Source: Carcharhinus longimanus (taxonomy: Eukaryota). From it: DNA of 64,000 nucleotides. Position 1 is the first letter of the stretch; each line of letters starts with the position of its first letter. Where the stretch lies: contig JASCQW010000081.1 of the NCBI GenBank assembly GCA_030264375.1, forward strand, positions 53,459,423 to 53,523,422, in the 5' to 3' direction. The notes under the pieces were generated by a model. That model worked only from the letters and a program-made list of their open reading frames with translations. It was not told the origin of the DNA and made no database searches. Position numbers and translations under genes: made by a program. Positions 50,515 through 63,865 of the stretch are shown one piece after another.

Positions 50515-52085
50515 NNNNNNNNNNNNNNNNNNNNNNNNNNNNNNNNNNNNNNNNNNNNNNNNNNNNNNNNNNNNNNNNNNNNNNNNNNNNNNNNNNNNNN
50601 NNNNNNNNNNNNNNCCGGTTTCCTCCCACACCCCAAAAAATGTGCTCTTAGGCTGATTGGTGTAACAAATTATCCCTAAATTAGTCTTCCCTCAGTCTTC
50701 CCTAATAGGTGTAGACAAAGGTCATAGGTAGAGGAGGGCACTCAATGTTAAAATGGCAGCACGGGCTTGTTAGGCTGAAGGGCATGTTTCCCGTGCTGTA
50801 TTGTTCTTTGTCCTTTGATAGGAGTAAGGGATAGTGAAATACAACACACCTGAAATTCTGTAGGGTTTTATTCTTGTCTCATGCTGTTTCCAGCCATTTC
50901 TGTTGAGGTTTTTTTTTAACCAGTATCCTGGCAGTGGGAGACCATTAGTGGAATTGTAGGGTCCACATAAGCCACTGCTGCAAAAATATACCAACATGTC
51001 CTTTGGTAGGTTGCAAATCAGAACCAGGCTTTGGCTGTGGGAAGATCAATTAAGTGGCAGACATTCTGGCTTAGTATTAAATTTGTATTCGATGAAATGT
51101 GATCTTGGGAGTATAATGATACATGTTAGTCTCAAGTTAAAATTGATTTTATTTGATTACCTCATGAATGCCCCATTTAATGGTTAAGATTTCACCTCTG
51201 TTGTTTTTTAATGTGTTAAGTAAGATGTTCATGTAAAATTTTGATTGCATTGCTTTTAATTCAGTTGTTGACCTCTTTAAAATTAAGTGTGTTCAGATGG
51301 TAGAAGCAGGAATTTAATGCAAGTGTGTTTAACCCCAGCACAAAAAGAGTGCACAGCACCTTAAAAATTTGGTGGCAATAATTCACAATTTCTGACAATG
51401 TCTTTGTAATGACCCATGAAAACAGCTAGACAAAATTATTGATAAGGTTTCAATATTTAATTTTTAACTTTATGTAACATGCATATTTGATAGCCAGCAT
51501 CATCATTTCTCTATATGTTATTGCAAACTCAATGCCATTTGATCAAATCTGGAGTTTTCATTTTAATAACAAAGTTGAGCTGTTTGAAATATGATAGCTT
51601 TCTTAATAAGAAAGTCTGGGTTGAAATCATGTCATGTTACAGTAAGAAACAAGTAAACAGGTTTATATTATGATTCCTTTGTTCTACAGCTTAAAGCTGT
51701 TAACTCTTTCCAATTATTTTTAAATGAATATGTTAACAAATTCATTACAATAGCACAGAAATGCATTTTGTACAAACCAATTCCAAACACTGAATTCAAC
51801 ATATTTGTGTTTAATTGGAAAGTACGTTCCCTAACATAAATGTTAACACTAGAAGGCAAAAGAAAAATATTCTACAGTGGTCATGCAGCATGTTTTAGAG
51901 GAAACAGCAGGGGAGAGTGCTCCCTGCCGTGAAAAATTGTCTGATGTGTAAGTACTTCACAAAAAATGTTTTCCATTTGCAACAAAACCCTGTTTTTAAA
52001 AAACTTGAAAAATTACTTGTGCATTAATCTCCTTCCAATTTTTATGTGTAATGAAATGATTTAAAGTAACACATTCATAACTAAC

Positions 52086-52223
52086 CAGTGGCAAACTCGA
52101 CTTGTGTCTCCCGTCTGAATACCCCTTCTGTAAGAGAGTATCCATTCGCTGCTTCCCCGATTTCTTTTGCTGTTGTCCAATAAATGGGATTTAGGATTGA
52201 GATGAGTTTCCTCATGGCAGGGC
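52086..52223 (-). CDS. HMCN1: Hemicentin-1 exon, G2F domain ([46 protein letters not shown])
   Basis: Manual translation; 138 nt, ttctAG/GTTAG. Confidence 0.94.
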
Positions 52224-52863
52224 CTAGAAAAAAGACAATGAAGTACTCAATACTTGTCATAAAACAATCTATATTTGGAAGTTATAAAGCACCAACCATG
52301 CCAACAGTCCTTTCATTATATATAGAGTAACTTCTGATACACAAAAGGTGGGTTCACAAACTAATCCAGAATATTTAGATATGGGGATAAATCAGTGAAT
52401 GCGCATTGCAAGCCTTTGGGCTGTAAACAAGAGATTCAGCTCATTTGACTCATGAGAAAATTACAAAGTAAGAGGTTATGATGCTCCCTGCATGCCCAAA
52501 TACATTATAAAAATAATTAAGGAGTTCTCTGGCATCGTTAGAGTAGTAAGATGATTTCCTGCACCAGGTAGCTCAAGAAAAGTGTTAAAATTACAAGCTT
52601 AGGTGCTATCCCCTTCCCATGGCTACTGATGAGAATTAAGCATTTCTGCCCTGCCCCTCGTTTCTTTATTTCCTAATTTCTTCTATTTCCAAGGTGTCCT
52701 TTTTTTTCTGTTTTAATGACATTTCACTTTTTATTAAAGTGAATGTTAGCTGTTTTGGACTCAAACCCAGATTCTGAAGATGAAGCCCAGAGTAGCCCAT
52801 ACCCTTCAGTCACGTACATGTCTGGAAAAGGTTGAGTTGATGAATCAGGTACTAAGCACTTAC

Positions 52864-53013
52864 CTATGCTCCTTGGTATATTTGAGATTTGTGCTTTTAT
52901 AACTTGCGTACCAGTTTCTGGGCTGTCAAACACTGTAGCATTCAGTAAAGCAACACCAAATTCCACGTTGTTAATATTTCCTATAACACTTCCTCTGGCA
53001 CGCTGAGGACCTC
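52864..53013 (-). CDS. HMCN1: Hemicentin-1 exon, start of G2F domain (GGPQRARGSVIGNINNVEFGVALLNATVFDSPETGTQVIKAQISNIPRSI)
   Basis: 150 nt, tttcAG/GTAAGT. Confidence 0.95.
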
Positions 53014-54226
53014 CTGAAAGTAAGACATAGATAATGCAAATTTCCCGCTACTTTGAAAAGAAAACTTAAGGTGAATAGTTTAGTGCTTGTTAACCAGTCA
53101 CCTGTCTATGAGAAGATATGTTCGCACTACCTGTGTACCCTGATTCCTGAACTATCTATGGCTTTGGCATGCAATGTGTTAAAACTTTCTGCTGAGAATG
53201 AAATGCTTTGTGTAAGTGAACCTCAGGAAAATGTACCTTCTTAAGATTAATGGACTGATGAAATGTATGAAATTCATTCAGTGTGTTTCTGGTTATCTGG
53301 AAGATCCTGAAAGGCTTGAGAGCTGTATGATCAATTAAGCTTAAGTAAGTGATATTGGAATGGTAATGGAATGATTGGAAGTTACTGAAAAGTGTTAAGT
53401 GCATTTTTCTGGGTTCATTATGATTTTCTGATATAATTTGAATGCACCCTTGATGTACTGTGACTTGTGAAGAAATGCAGAGAACAAAAGTAGAATTGGT
53501 ATAAAATTTGAATGAACCACTGCATGCTATAGTCATACTGGATTGTAGAGTGTGGTGTACTACAATGATAGTAATGCAATTGATATAGTTATTTATATAT
53601 ATATTTTATGTGTAAGGGAAACGTTTAAATTCAACTTTATTCTATAGGTAGTTGGTGTGTCTGGGAAACATTTAGCTGAAGGGTTGTGAAAGCAAGTTAA
53701 ATACTCGTTTCAGCTAGGAATTTGTTACATTGATAGTGCTGATGGATTTCTGTTGACATAAAAGATTCCTTGGGAATTTGATTGACAGGGTCATGTAACA
53801 ATGTAGCTAATGTGCAGAGCTGAGTCTATAGCAGACAGAAAGAAGCTTTTGCAGTTTAGAGTTGGGATTGTGGATGGAAATTGAAGATAGAGTTTCTTCA
53901 AGCTACTCAGGAACTCGTATCTCTCTCAGAAAACTCCAAAGCTGTCTACAATTGTTATAGCAAGTAGAGTGTTAACTGTATTTAAAGTGGCCTTTAAGTC
54001 TGTGAGAGGAATGTTGCCTACTTGGAACTGAAAGTTTAAAATTAACATGGTTAATGTCAGCAACAAATAGAAAGTAGGAATGATGTTACAAGAAAAAGGT
54101 CATGTCTCACAAAACTTTTTTCCTGGTGATAGGACTTCTCTGAAGTGGTTCTTGTTGAATTATGAAGATTGTATCGAACTCAAAACTGAAGTTCTTTTCA
54201 ATTACTCAACAAAACAGCTGACAAAC

Positions 54227-54397
54227 CTGGACATGGTTGGACTTTACATCTGGACACCTGTGAACCATCGCCTGGGCATGAACGGCCTCCACTAGAGGGC
54301 ACTGGGTTGTTACACAGACGAAGACGCCTCTGTTCGCCACCTCCACAAGATGCTGAACAATCATTCCAGGTTTGCCAAGGTCCCCAGTTTCCATCCA
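54227..54397 (-). CDS. HMCN1: Hemicentin-1 exon, TSP1 repeat 6
   Basis: 171 nt; VDGNWGPWQTWNDCSASCGGGEQRRLRLCNNP...PCP. Confidence 0.95.
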
Positions 54398-55223
54398 CTG
54401 GACATAAATTCAGGAGGAATAATTAAGAACAATTACTAAATAGCATTATTTGTATCACCAAGGAAGAGTCTGAGGAAACATTAGAGTTTTACATGAAATT
54501 AATTGCCTTTCTGGTGAGTAAAATCATACTTTTATAAACATTCCCCTCTTGTTCCTTGTAAACTCCATTCTTTCTTACATGTCCCTTTGCATCCCAATCT
54601 TACTGAAATCAAGGCTTGTTTTAATAGCCTATTTTAGCTCATTCTTTCCCAGGACTTTACATCTGTGGATTGCTTTACCTCCTTCAATCATTCCTTTCAT
54701 CTCCAATCTGCAGACTTTTAAAGTACAAGGTAGTGTCAACTAACCAACACAACTTGATCTACTCTGACTTCTCTCTTGGGTGAAATTGGTCTTGTGGTAG
54801 CACACAATAGGCAATAGCAAATGTGTAGGCCATTTACACTCAGTCTGACTGACTTCAGAGGAAAAGCAAACTGAATAGAATATAGATTTATTATTGTGTA
54901 TTTAAAACCCTTGCCTAATTTCAGCCTCTTAATCTGCACATCAACATATCTCAAATTTAAAATGTTGTAAAATATAGAATTTTAAGATCAGCAATGTTTA
55001 CAATATTTTATCCATCTTTAATTCATTTGAAGTGTTCAAATTAAATTATGGGCATTTGGAATCAATTGTACAGAGCATTATATTCATGAAAAAAATGTTC
55101 AACAAATTTCTTTGAAGGCAGACTCAAGAACCAACCTGACAAGACTCACCTTTTGTGCCAGTGATTCAGTAAAGGAGACAAAATGATGCTTTTTTCCTTT
55201 TATTATTTTAATTTTCACTTTTT

Positions 55224-56953
55224 AAAAAATATATTTTTATTAGCGATTTTCCATTTTTACAAATAACGCAACACATCCTCAAACTTGTACAGCACAGCTT
55301 AATCATTTCTCCATTTATAAATATGGAAAGAGACAGGAGGAAACCAACCTAGCTGGTTTGGTAGATTCAGTATACCCGGTGCTTCCATATATACAAAAGA
55401 AAATAGAGAGGACAAATAAAAGGAGGGAAAAGCAGATAAAACAATGGAACCATGATAAAATGGTCTATACTTTCTTGTACAGTATGTTAGAGGCAATGCT
55501 ACATAGCTTATGGAAAGTCTTGTAGGACTAAGTCAGACATTATGGAACCTGTATATTCCAGATATACAAGATAAAGGATGAGCACAGAATGTCCTTGCTG
55601 CATCAAACCCTTCCTATTAAAACTTAAGACACACACCCACCTACCAGCAGTGGCCCTACTCATGTTTATCACGATCAGAGCAAAAGAGACCATAACATAA
55701 ACCACTATTATAAGCATACAGATGAAAAGAAAGGAAGAATATTTTTACACAGCTCTAGTGTTGTACAATCTGCATAGCGTTTCCTTAACCAGAAGGAGCA
55801 CACTGTGTAATGTTTTCTATTAAAGACAAATGGAAGTCCCTGCCACTCGTAAGGATTAAAACTCACTATGGTGCTCAATTACTTGAATGATATATACCAA
55901 CACAGAATCTGGAAGGAGTTACAATGACAAGGGATAGAGTCCAGATCTTACATTGAACTACTATCTGCTATTCCAAATTATTGCCTTCTATGAAGTTCAC
56001 AAAAGCCATGGCTTTAGCTGGACTGTTGAACATCTTGGTAGAGTTGTNNNNNNNNNNNNNNNNNNTGCGGCATGTTGCACTCCAATGCTTTTCAGTTGTC
56101 TTCCAACTTAATTGATGCTCTTGCCCCTCTGTCACACTATTGCCAAGGAATCTGGAAAAATGGAGACCTTTGCTCTACCATTGAGCAAGGCTCCATTGTG
56201 CCTCATCCAATATTGTTTGATGATCCTTGAAGTTATGAAAATGCATAATTATGGGCTGGAGTCATTGATTGTCCCTAAGCCTCAGAGACAGGGTATGAGG
56301 TGCCCCTTCCTAACTTAGTACGCCTAGCTTCTGTTTCTAAATTAAAGAAATATGGCCATCAGCTCTCAAAGAATTTAACTGGGAGCTCATCCTCAGCCCC
56401 TTCTGACAAACCGACGATCTGGACAATTTTCCTCCGCCCTCAGTTCTCTAGATTGCCAAGGAATTCTGACATACCGCACAGCTGTTTTTTTCAAGGATTG
56501 TAAGCAGGCTTCAGCCAACGATGTTGCATTTTCAACAGTAACAACTCTCTCCTCCGTTTCACCAAGCTCTTTGCCAGTATTCTGCATTTCCATAGCTAGA
56601 GCACAGATATTTGCGCCAAGATTCTCATTAATGACCTTAATAATAGTAGCAGTTGTCAATTATAATGTCTTTGAGAATGTTGGATTGAGAGGATGTTTGT
56701 TCACTAAGTCACTGCTTTGAGGAGTCAGCCCCAAATGCTGATTGCTCACTTTTGTTGACAGTTTTCTTACTATTTCTCAGCACTTTATCACCATTGTTTA
56801 ACCAGAAATCTTCCAGGGACATAACATGGAGTTGTCACTCCTGGATTAGGTAAGTATGAGCTATGCAAGTGTGATAAATAAAAGGGTCACAGGCTAAATA
56901 GTTCCAGAGCTCATGGAAAGACATCTATTCCTGCGCTCAAATTATGTGACCCC
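55224..56953 (-). mobile_element. L1-clade element carrying only a decayed ORF1, flanked by a 14-bp TSD
   Basis: TSD AATTTTCACTTTTT at 55210-55223 and 56954-56967. ORF1 motifs: coiled coil ETEERVVTVEN, NLEN*GRRKIVQIVGLSEGAE..PVKFFE, VSIFPD, FNSPAKAMAFV. AATAAA and A-rich 3' end. Confidence 0.8.
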
Positions 56954-57907
56954 AATTTTCACTTTTTTAAAAAGTCAAGTGCCTCTGTGTATTTTATGAA
57001 TTCTCTATATAGTCTGTACCGTAGTACTTTCAGAGAAATAGTGCAATGTCGATGGTATGTTGTGTATGTGTTGGGAACAGTGCACTATTTGTGGGGAAGG
57101 TAGTGTTCTATCATTGTGAGAGATGCACTACCTGCACATAGTGGTGGTAATTGCACATGTCAGTGTATTGCTGTGGGTTTTGCCTCCTAGTGGGTATATT
57201 AAACAAGCAAAAGCTTGCATCTGATTGCAAGGCTGGTCAATCCGCTAATGGTTTCCCAGATTGTTGCACTGGAAGTGTCAGTATCAAATAAGTGCAGCAG
57301 TAATTATCTCTGGTAACAGCTCCTACTGGTATCATCCATTATACCCCCTCTCTCAGGGAGAGAGGTGTTTGCAAGCCAAGGTGGAGTCAGGTATAATCAG
57401 TTTTTGCAAGACGCCCTTTAAGTATTCTACTGCAGAATGTATTAAAGATGAATTTCAATAAAAACATCACCACTTCATGAAGAAACAGAACTCGTTCTCC
57501 AGAAGCCATATATCAATTTAATTACACATAAAAGACTGCCAATTCTTACAGTTGCTGCAACTTTGGTTCTGATATTGCATCTTCTGTCATGTTTGCATCC
57601 TGATCAGCATCTCATGCCATGTCATCCTACATATGGCCTGGAATTCACTGTAAATTTGAGTTTCATCTGATATCTCATATTGCATAAATGACAGGAGGAA
57701 CATTGCATCAGATTTTGAGAAGACTTTGCTAGTTCTTTTATATTTGTTCACATTATAGAATACATCTATCTGAGACTGCCTATGCAAAGTAACTGGAAAA
57801 TGGATACGTTGATCACTATTTTCAGCTCTGATCTGTTGGCAATTACACCAAAAATTCCTGGCCCACAATGTTGCTCCAAAATACGAATGTAAAATCAACC
57901 AGCTCAC

Positions 57908-58078
57908 CTGGGCAAACATCAATACTACATCGCTGAACCCGAGTATCAGCTCCAGCGCAAGCCCTTCCACCACTTGCTGGCCGGGGATTGTCACAGGTAC
58001 GATATCGTCGCATTTGTCCTCCATTGCATGTTCGACTGCAGGTTCCCCAACTGCTCCATGGACCCCAGTTTCCATGGA
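57908..58078 (-). CDS. HMCN1: Hemicentin-1 exon, TSP1 repeat 5
   Basis: 171 nt; VHGNWGPWSSWGTCSRTCNGGQMRRYRTCDNP...VCP; donor GTGAG. Confidence 0.95.
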
Positions 58079-58842
58079 CTAAAGATGATGCAAACAAAAA
58101 ACAATTCTAGCATTATTCAATATATTATAACTTGTGGACCATAACTTCAATATACAAATAGAACAAACAAGTCCTCCTGCTGTGAACCTGAGAACACAAA
58201 CTAATAGTCTGGGGAGTTAATTAGGTAGCTAAACGAGCTAACCAATTGCTTGTTCTTTATAGCCTTTCAGGCAGGTTCTCTTTTGTTGGTATATTAACCA
58301 TTTATTGCGATTTAAAAAAAAACATGAATATAGTATACTTTAAGTCACATCTTAATGCGTTTCTTGCTCCAAATCCTTTCAGTGAGAAAAGTCAAAAAAA
58401 TCAAAGATCAGGAGGAATTTCTTCATACGAGTTATCAACAACTGGAATTCATTTTTCAAGCAGGATAATTGGTGAAAATATTGGATTTGTTCAAGTAAGT
58501 GGGAAGATGAGAAGGAAACTTTTTTTCTGGACGAAAAGGTGAAAAAGAGTTGACTAGCTCCTCCTTCTGCATTTATCTTGTAATTCTGTGAATGAAGAGT
58601 ACAATAACTGACAACTAGGCTGTGCTGCAGCAGCGAAAGTAAGTGTATAATATTCATACAGTGCACACCAGAGGGTGGTGGCAAAAAACAGTAAAACTAA
58701 GCCACCATGGTACATTTGCCTAACATGATGGAAATACTGCCAATTCCAGAGAGACATAACCTAAATTCAAACAATTGAAGCACAAGTTGGTAATATCAAA
58801 AGATTGCCAAGTTTGTGTCAAGATACTGCTGGAGTTCAATTA

Positions 58843-59106
58843 GAACATAAGAAACAGTAGGACTAGGGGGCACAGCCTCAAGATAAAGGGGGGGCGTTTT
58901 AGAACGGAGTTGAGGAGGAACTTCTTCANNNNNNNNNNNNNNNNNNNNNNNNNNNNNNNNNNNNNNNNNNNNNNNNNNNNNNNNNNNNNNNNNNNNNNNN
59001 NNNNNNNNNNNNNNNNNNNNNNNNNNNNCAGCCATGATCTTATTGAATGGCGGGGCAGGCTCGAAGGGCCAGATGGCCTACTCCTGCTCCTATTTCTTAT
59101 ATTCTA
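58843..59106 (+). mobile_element. CR1 3' end
   Basis: RTRGHSLKIKGGRFRTELRRNFF then tail GAATGGCGGGGCAGGCTCGAAGGGCCAGATGGCCTACTCCTGCTCC. Confidence 0.85.
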
Positions 59107-59529
59107 ATTGAACTCCAGCAGTATCTTGACACACTGTGCAATGTTTCAGCACAGAACATTTAGGCAACAGCTTGGAGGCTTACACTATGGAAAGTCAATT
59201 TTCCCTTATGGAGAAAACGGAAAATTACGAATGAGCACTAGTATCCAAATGGCAATATTTCAGGTTGAGACTATGATCCGGACCACTGCCTTAAGGCCTC
59301 AAGATGCTAATTTTCCTTTTGGGTGCTGATGGACCAGTCATGTATTTCTAGAAAATTCTGATTGTATTATATCTTAATCTATTGTATGACTTTTACTTTA
59401 AATTCCAAATTTTTTTTGTTTAAAGATGCATACACTGCAATGGTTTAATCAGTTAATGGATGGCAGTAACTGAACTAGCAACCAATTAGCATTTTTTTTG
59501 AAGATCTGCAATCATCTTTCAATACTCAC

Positions 59530-59700
59530 CTGGACATGGATCACTGTTGCAGAAATCAATCTGTACATCATTGCCTTCGCAGTAGCGCCCTCCATATTGT
59601 GGCGTTGGATCTGAACATGTTCTGGCCCTTTGGCGTGTGCCTCCTCCACAGGACACACTACATGCTGTCCAGCTGATCCAGGATGTCCATTTTCCATCCA
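59530..59700 (-). CDS. HMCN1: Hemicentin-1 exon, TSP1 repeat 4
   Basis: 171 nt; VDGKWTSWISWTACSVSCGGGTRQRARTCSDP...CNSDPCP; donor GTGAGT. Confidence 0.95.
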
Positions 59701-60399
59701 CTTAAAACAGCAAAATGCCAAATAATTAGAATTTGATTATATAATTAGAACAATTGTATTAGTTAGCCTAAAAAGATTCATGGTACTCAATATTCATGAA
59801 CAGAGGCTCTTGGTCCAGCCAATTGGGCAAAGGATACATTTATAATCCTCTCTTACTTGTCAAACAGGCTGTGTTAATGCACTGGGCTGCAGTGAATAAT
59901 GACTAGCTTTGTAATTGATATCAAATAGTTTTCCATTTCAATTTACTTAAGATTGAGGCTCAAAGTTAGCACTTGCATTTATATAAGATCTTTCATGCTT
60001 TCATAATGCCCCAAAGCACTTCAAAACTAATGAATCATTTTTATAGTTCCATTAACTGTTGCCATGACAATTTAAACAAAACAAACTCTGGTTGAGGATA
60101 GGAGGCTGGTCCCGGGAGACAGACTGAAATGAGAAAGGAAGAAAGGTGTCCAGGTTCCTTTTAAATATCGTGTCCGACATTAGGGCCCAAATGGGCTGAT
60201 GGTGGGGAGAGGGACTTCCTTCNNNNNNNNNNNNNNNNNNNNNNNNNNNNNNNNNNNNNNNNNNNNNNNNNNNNNNNNNNNNNNNNNNNNNNNNNNNNNN
60301 NNNNNNNNNNNNNNNNNNNNNNACTTCCTTCCACCCCAACTACAAGGTTCACGGTGCTTAGCATGGATCCATGAGTAATGAGCTGAACAGTACAAGATT

Positions 60400-61000
60400 G
60401 CATGTGGTCATCCGCCCCACACTCCAGCTGGAATCGCTCCCACTCCAGCACCCATCACCAAACTTAGACTCCAGAGAAGATTCTGCCTCCAGGTGGAAAC
60501 AAAGCTGCCTGGAAATGACTGAGAAACAGCACTGAAGGAGACTGAAACTGAAAGCTGATGGTTTCAAACATCTGTGCCTTTGTCAGTGTGGAATAATGCA
60601 GCATCTTACAGGCAGCTGCACACAGGTGCATCACCCAGGTGATAGATGTTCTCTTCATGGAAGCTACATAACACATCAAATCCATAACCTCTAGAGCATC
60701 GCAGACTCAGAGAACATTGGGTTTGGTGTCTGGACCAGACGATAGTTCACTTCTGCAAGGGATTTGATTATTGTGATGATCTGCTGTGCTCTCCATAACA
60801 AGGCCTTCCAGAGAGATATGGACCTCGAGGATGGTGAAGCCATAGAAGGCGATAATTCATTGAGGGAGGCGCAGGCAGTGAGACCAGAAGTATTGGAAGC
60901 AGAGGGAGAAGATGCTGAACAGAAAGATGCTCCTGCTGCTTGATAAGGTAATCTCCTCCTGCAACCCTGGGGAAGTGAACCTCCATCCTCTCCTTCATGG
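60400..61000 (+). mobile_element. Internally deleted Harbinger/PIF transposase relic
   Basis: QAAAHRCITQVIDVLF (about 60608-60657) and IIVMICCALHNKAFQR plus acidic tail (about 60767-60930), typical of HARBI1-like DDE transposases. Confidence 0.65.
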
Positions 61001-61339
61001 AGACCAAGAATCCAGCTGCCCTGTGATATGAAAGGTTTTGACACAAACTTTCACCCTTAGGGATGGCTGCCTTGAGTGTCTGAAAGCTGCCTCTATTCCT
61101 GCCCCTCACATGCTTTAATCAGACAGTCTACATAGCGTAATTGCAAGCTCACCCCTGCAAAACTCTGAACTTCAGTCAGTTTCCTAGTGAGACAGGTTTC
61201 TGTCACAAAAAATGATGTGGTTCCTGTATCCTGTCTCCTTGCCATTTCATGCTATTCAGCTCACCTATGGTATGACTCCCATCAAGAAGGCAGATCTGAA
61301 AAAAACCCTCCTACACAGAACTTCAATGTAAAATCCACC

Positions 61340-61658
61340 TGGACATAAAAATGGGAATCATTGGACACAACAGCAAGTACCTAATTTCAAACCCAACAGC
61401 TGCCTGGTTTCAACCTTTCAAGTAAAGAGTGGTCCACCCTCAACACGTTCAGGACTGGCCATAGCCCCTGCTTGTCCAATCTCCACAGATGGGGCAGTAG
61501 TGCCAGCCCCATTATGTGCCTGTGGGAGAGAGCAAACTATGCACCACATCATAGAAGAGTATCATATAGACCCAGCAGAGGCCTATCCACACACAACACA
61601 GCAGGACTGAATGAAACTGCTTGCCTTAGGGACTTTGCATTTGTTACATAAATAAAAT
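61340..61658 (+). mobile_element. Vingi/Ingi-like LINE 3' end
   Basis: QQLPGFNLSSKEWSTLNTFRTGHSPCLSNLHRWG..SP.CACG.EQTMHHII C-terminal signature with a TAAA tail. Confidence 0.65.
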
Positions 61659-61693
61659 GACAACAATCTAGCCCATAGTTTCTAATTGCTTAC

Positions 61694-61864
61694 CTGGACA
61701 CAACCTGTTCTTACAAACCCGTGTTTGTGCATCTTGTCCCTCACAGTGGGCCCCATCAAACGATGGCGGAGGATTATTGCACAGTCTTAGTCTAGTTTGA
61801 GTCCCTTTACCACAGGTCTCAGTGCATGGTCCCCAGGGCAACCAGGAGCTCCAGCCACCAACAA
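61694..61864 (-). CDS. HMCN1: Hemicentin-1 exon, TSP1 repeat 3
   Basis: 171 nt; VVGGWSSWLPWGPCTETCGKGTQTRLRLCNNP...LCP; donor GTAAG. Confidence 0.95.
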
Positions 61865-63694
61865 CTGAAGAAAGATTGATAAAAAGGTACAGGAACATTT
61901 CAGTATATAAAAGTATAAACATTGGAAAAGGCCTTACAAAAAAGATTAAAATAGTAAACAGGATGGAAAGCAATAAATCTTTAACATTATTTTGTTAAAT
62001 AGAAATAAAAAATCACAGGTTCACATTAGCAATGGGCAAATTTATGTCTCTTATAAAGAAAGTAATAAAAAGGTGCGATGGGCTTCTAAGTTTCTTTGTT
62101 CCTTCCCAGGACATAGGAATTGCTGGCTAGACCAATATTTTTATTGTCATTTCTAATTGGCCACTTTCTTGAACTACCAGAGTCCAGGTAGGAGCCTTGA
62201 TGAGTTGCTGCAGTGCATCTTATAGATTGTATACACAATTGCCACTATGTATTGATGATGGAAGGGGTGAACGTTAGAAATGATGGAAGGGGTGCTCATC
62301 AAGTTGGCTCCTTTGTCCTGGATGGTGTTGAGCTTCTAGAGTGTTGTTGGAGCTGCACCCATCCAAGCAAGCGGAGAGTACTCCACCACACTCCGGATTT
62401 GTGATGATAGGCAGCCTTTCAGGAATCAATAGCAAGAAAAATCTCAGAAAACTGAAAAGGAACACAGAAGGCAGGAGACTGAATGACTGAACATAGTTTG
62501 GAAATGAACTTTTCCCTTCATACCCATCTTGTGAAAAATGACAGATCTAAACTGGGAATATGCAGCACCACGTAAGAGAGAGAGAATTAAGACAATATAC
62601 CATTTTTCTTTCTCTATATCACCCGAGATAGGAAGAGATGAGTGATCATGTCATTTAGGGTGCACTTGTTTTCAGGAGAATATATTTGTCTAACCTTTTT
62701 TTCATTGGTAACAAGCAAGGGACATGATGATGTAGAGTGTTCTGAATACAACATTATATGAGTTGTGTGTGGTGCCAATGAGAAAAATGATATGCTGCAA
62801 GCTCTGATTATTCTGCTTTCTTTCTCTTCAAAACATGATTTTACTAAAAGTGTACATCTTTAAGCACTTGAAGTCAGGGAGGATGCATAGATACATGGAT
62901 GTCTTATTGTTCTGCTTGTGTTTTTGTTGGGAGTTAAGGGAGTTTAAACATTTAAGCAATTTGCCTTTCTTGCTTTATGGAATTCAGTTAGATCGGTGCA
63001 TGGGATAGGTGGGTGTCCATCAAATTAGTGCTCTTGTTGATTATTAATGCTCTAGTTGCTGTATTTTTTTTGTGTTAGTTGTTGATACTAGCTTGTTGTC
63101 ACTGCTCTCTTTTATAGAACCATAACAGGAGTGGTACTAAAAAGCTCATTTCAATTCTGAGCAAGATTGGGGTTGGCAAATACCCAGCACAGCAACCCCA
63201 ACACCTTCCATCCCCAACGCAGTAGGATGAAGAGATTTTAACTCCTTGGCATTTATTGCATGTTCCTGAATCTGGCTTGATAGGGAATCAGCAGGAATTA
63301 TGTCACTGCCAGAGAGTTAGGGTCAAAACTGGTGGTGTGATGTGGGAGGATTACCAATTAAAAAAGTACCTTCCAAAGCAAATAGGGACTGGGAGATGGG
63401 AAGGCAGAGGTTGGAAGCCTTCAAAAGTCTAAGTTATCCTTGTCCAGGCCAGTGAAGTAGCCTGGTCTTGCATAGAAGAGGACATATTTTAGAGAAAAAA
63501 AGTACTCTACTCCTGTGTAAGAGGGGCAATGGAAGAGTAAATAAACTGAAATTCAATACACTCTTTCAAATGTTTCTTGGAGATATTCCTCTGATCAGGA
63601 GTCCTAAGCAATGGAAGTTATATTCAAAGTCTTTGTGTAAGATAGAAAGTTAGTGAGAGAGTGAACATTAGACTGTTCAAATTGTCTCTGGTAC

Positions 63695-63865
63695 CTGGAC
63701 AAGGCCGAACGTTGCACATGATAGCCTCCACAGCTTTGCCTTCACATCTTTTGCCCCCATTTTGCACTGATGGATTAGTGCACGTCCTGGTCCTTGTCCT
63801 GTTGCCCTGGCCACAGGTACGAGAACATTCCTCCCACTGGCCCCACTCTGACCAGCTGCCATCCA
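63695..63865 (-). CDS. HMCN1: Hemicentin-1 exon, TSP1 repeat 2 (gene continues beyond the window)
   Basis: 171 nt; VDGSWSEWGQWEECSRTCGQGNRTRTRTCTNP...CNVRPCP. Confidence 0.95.
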
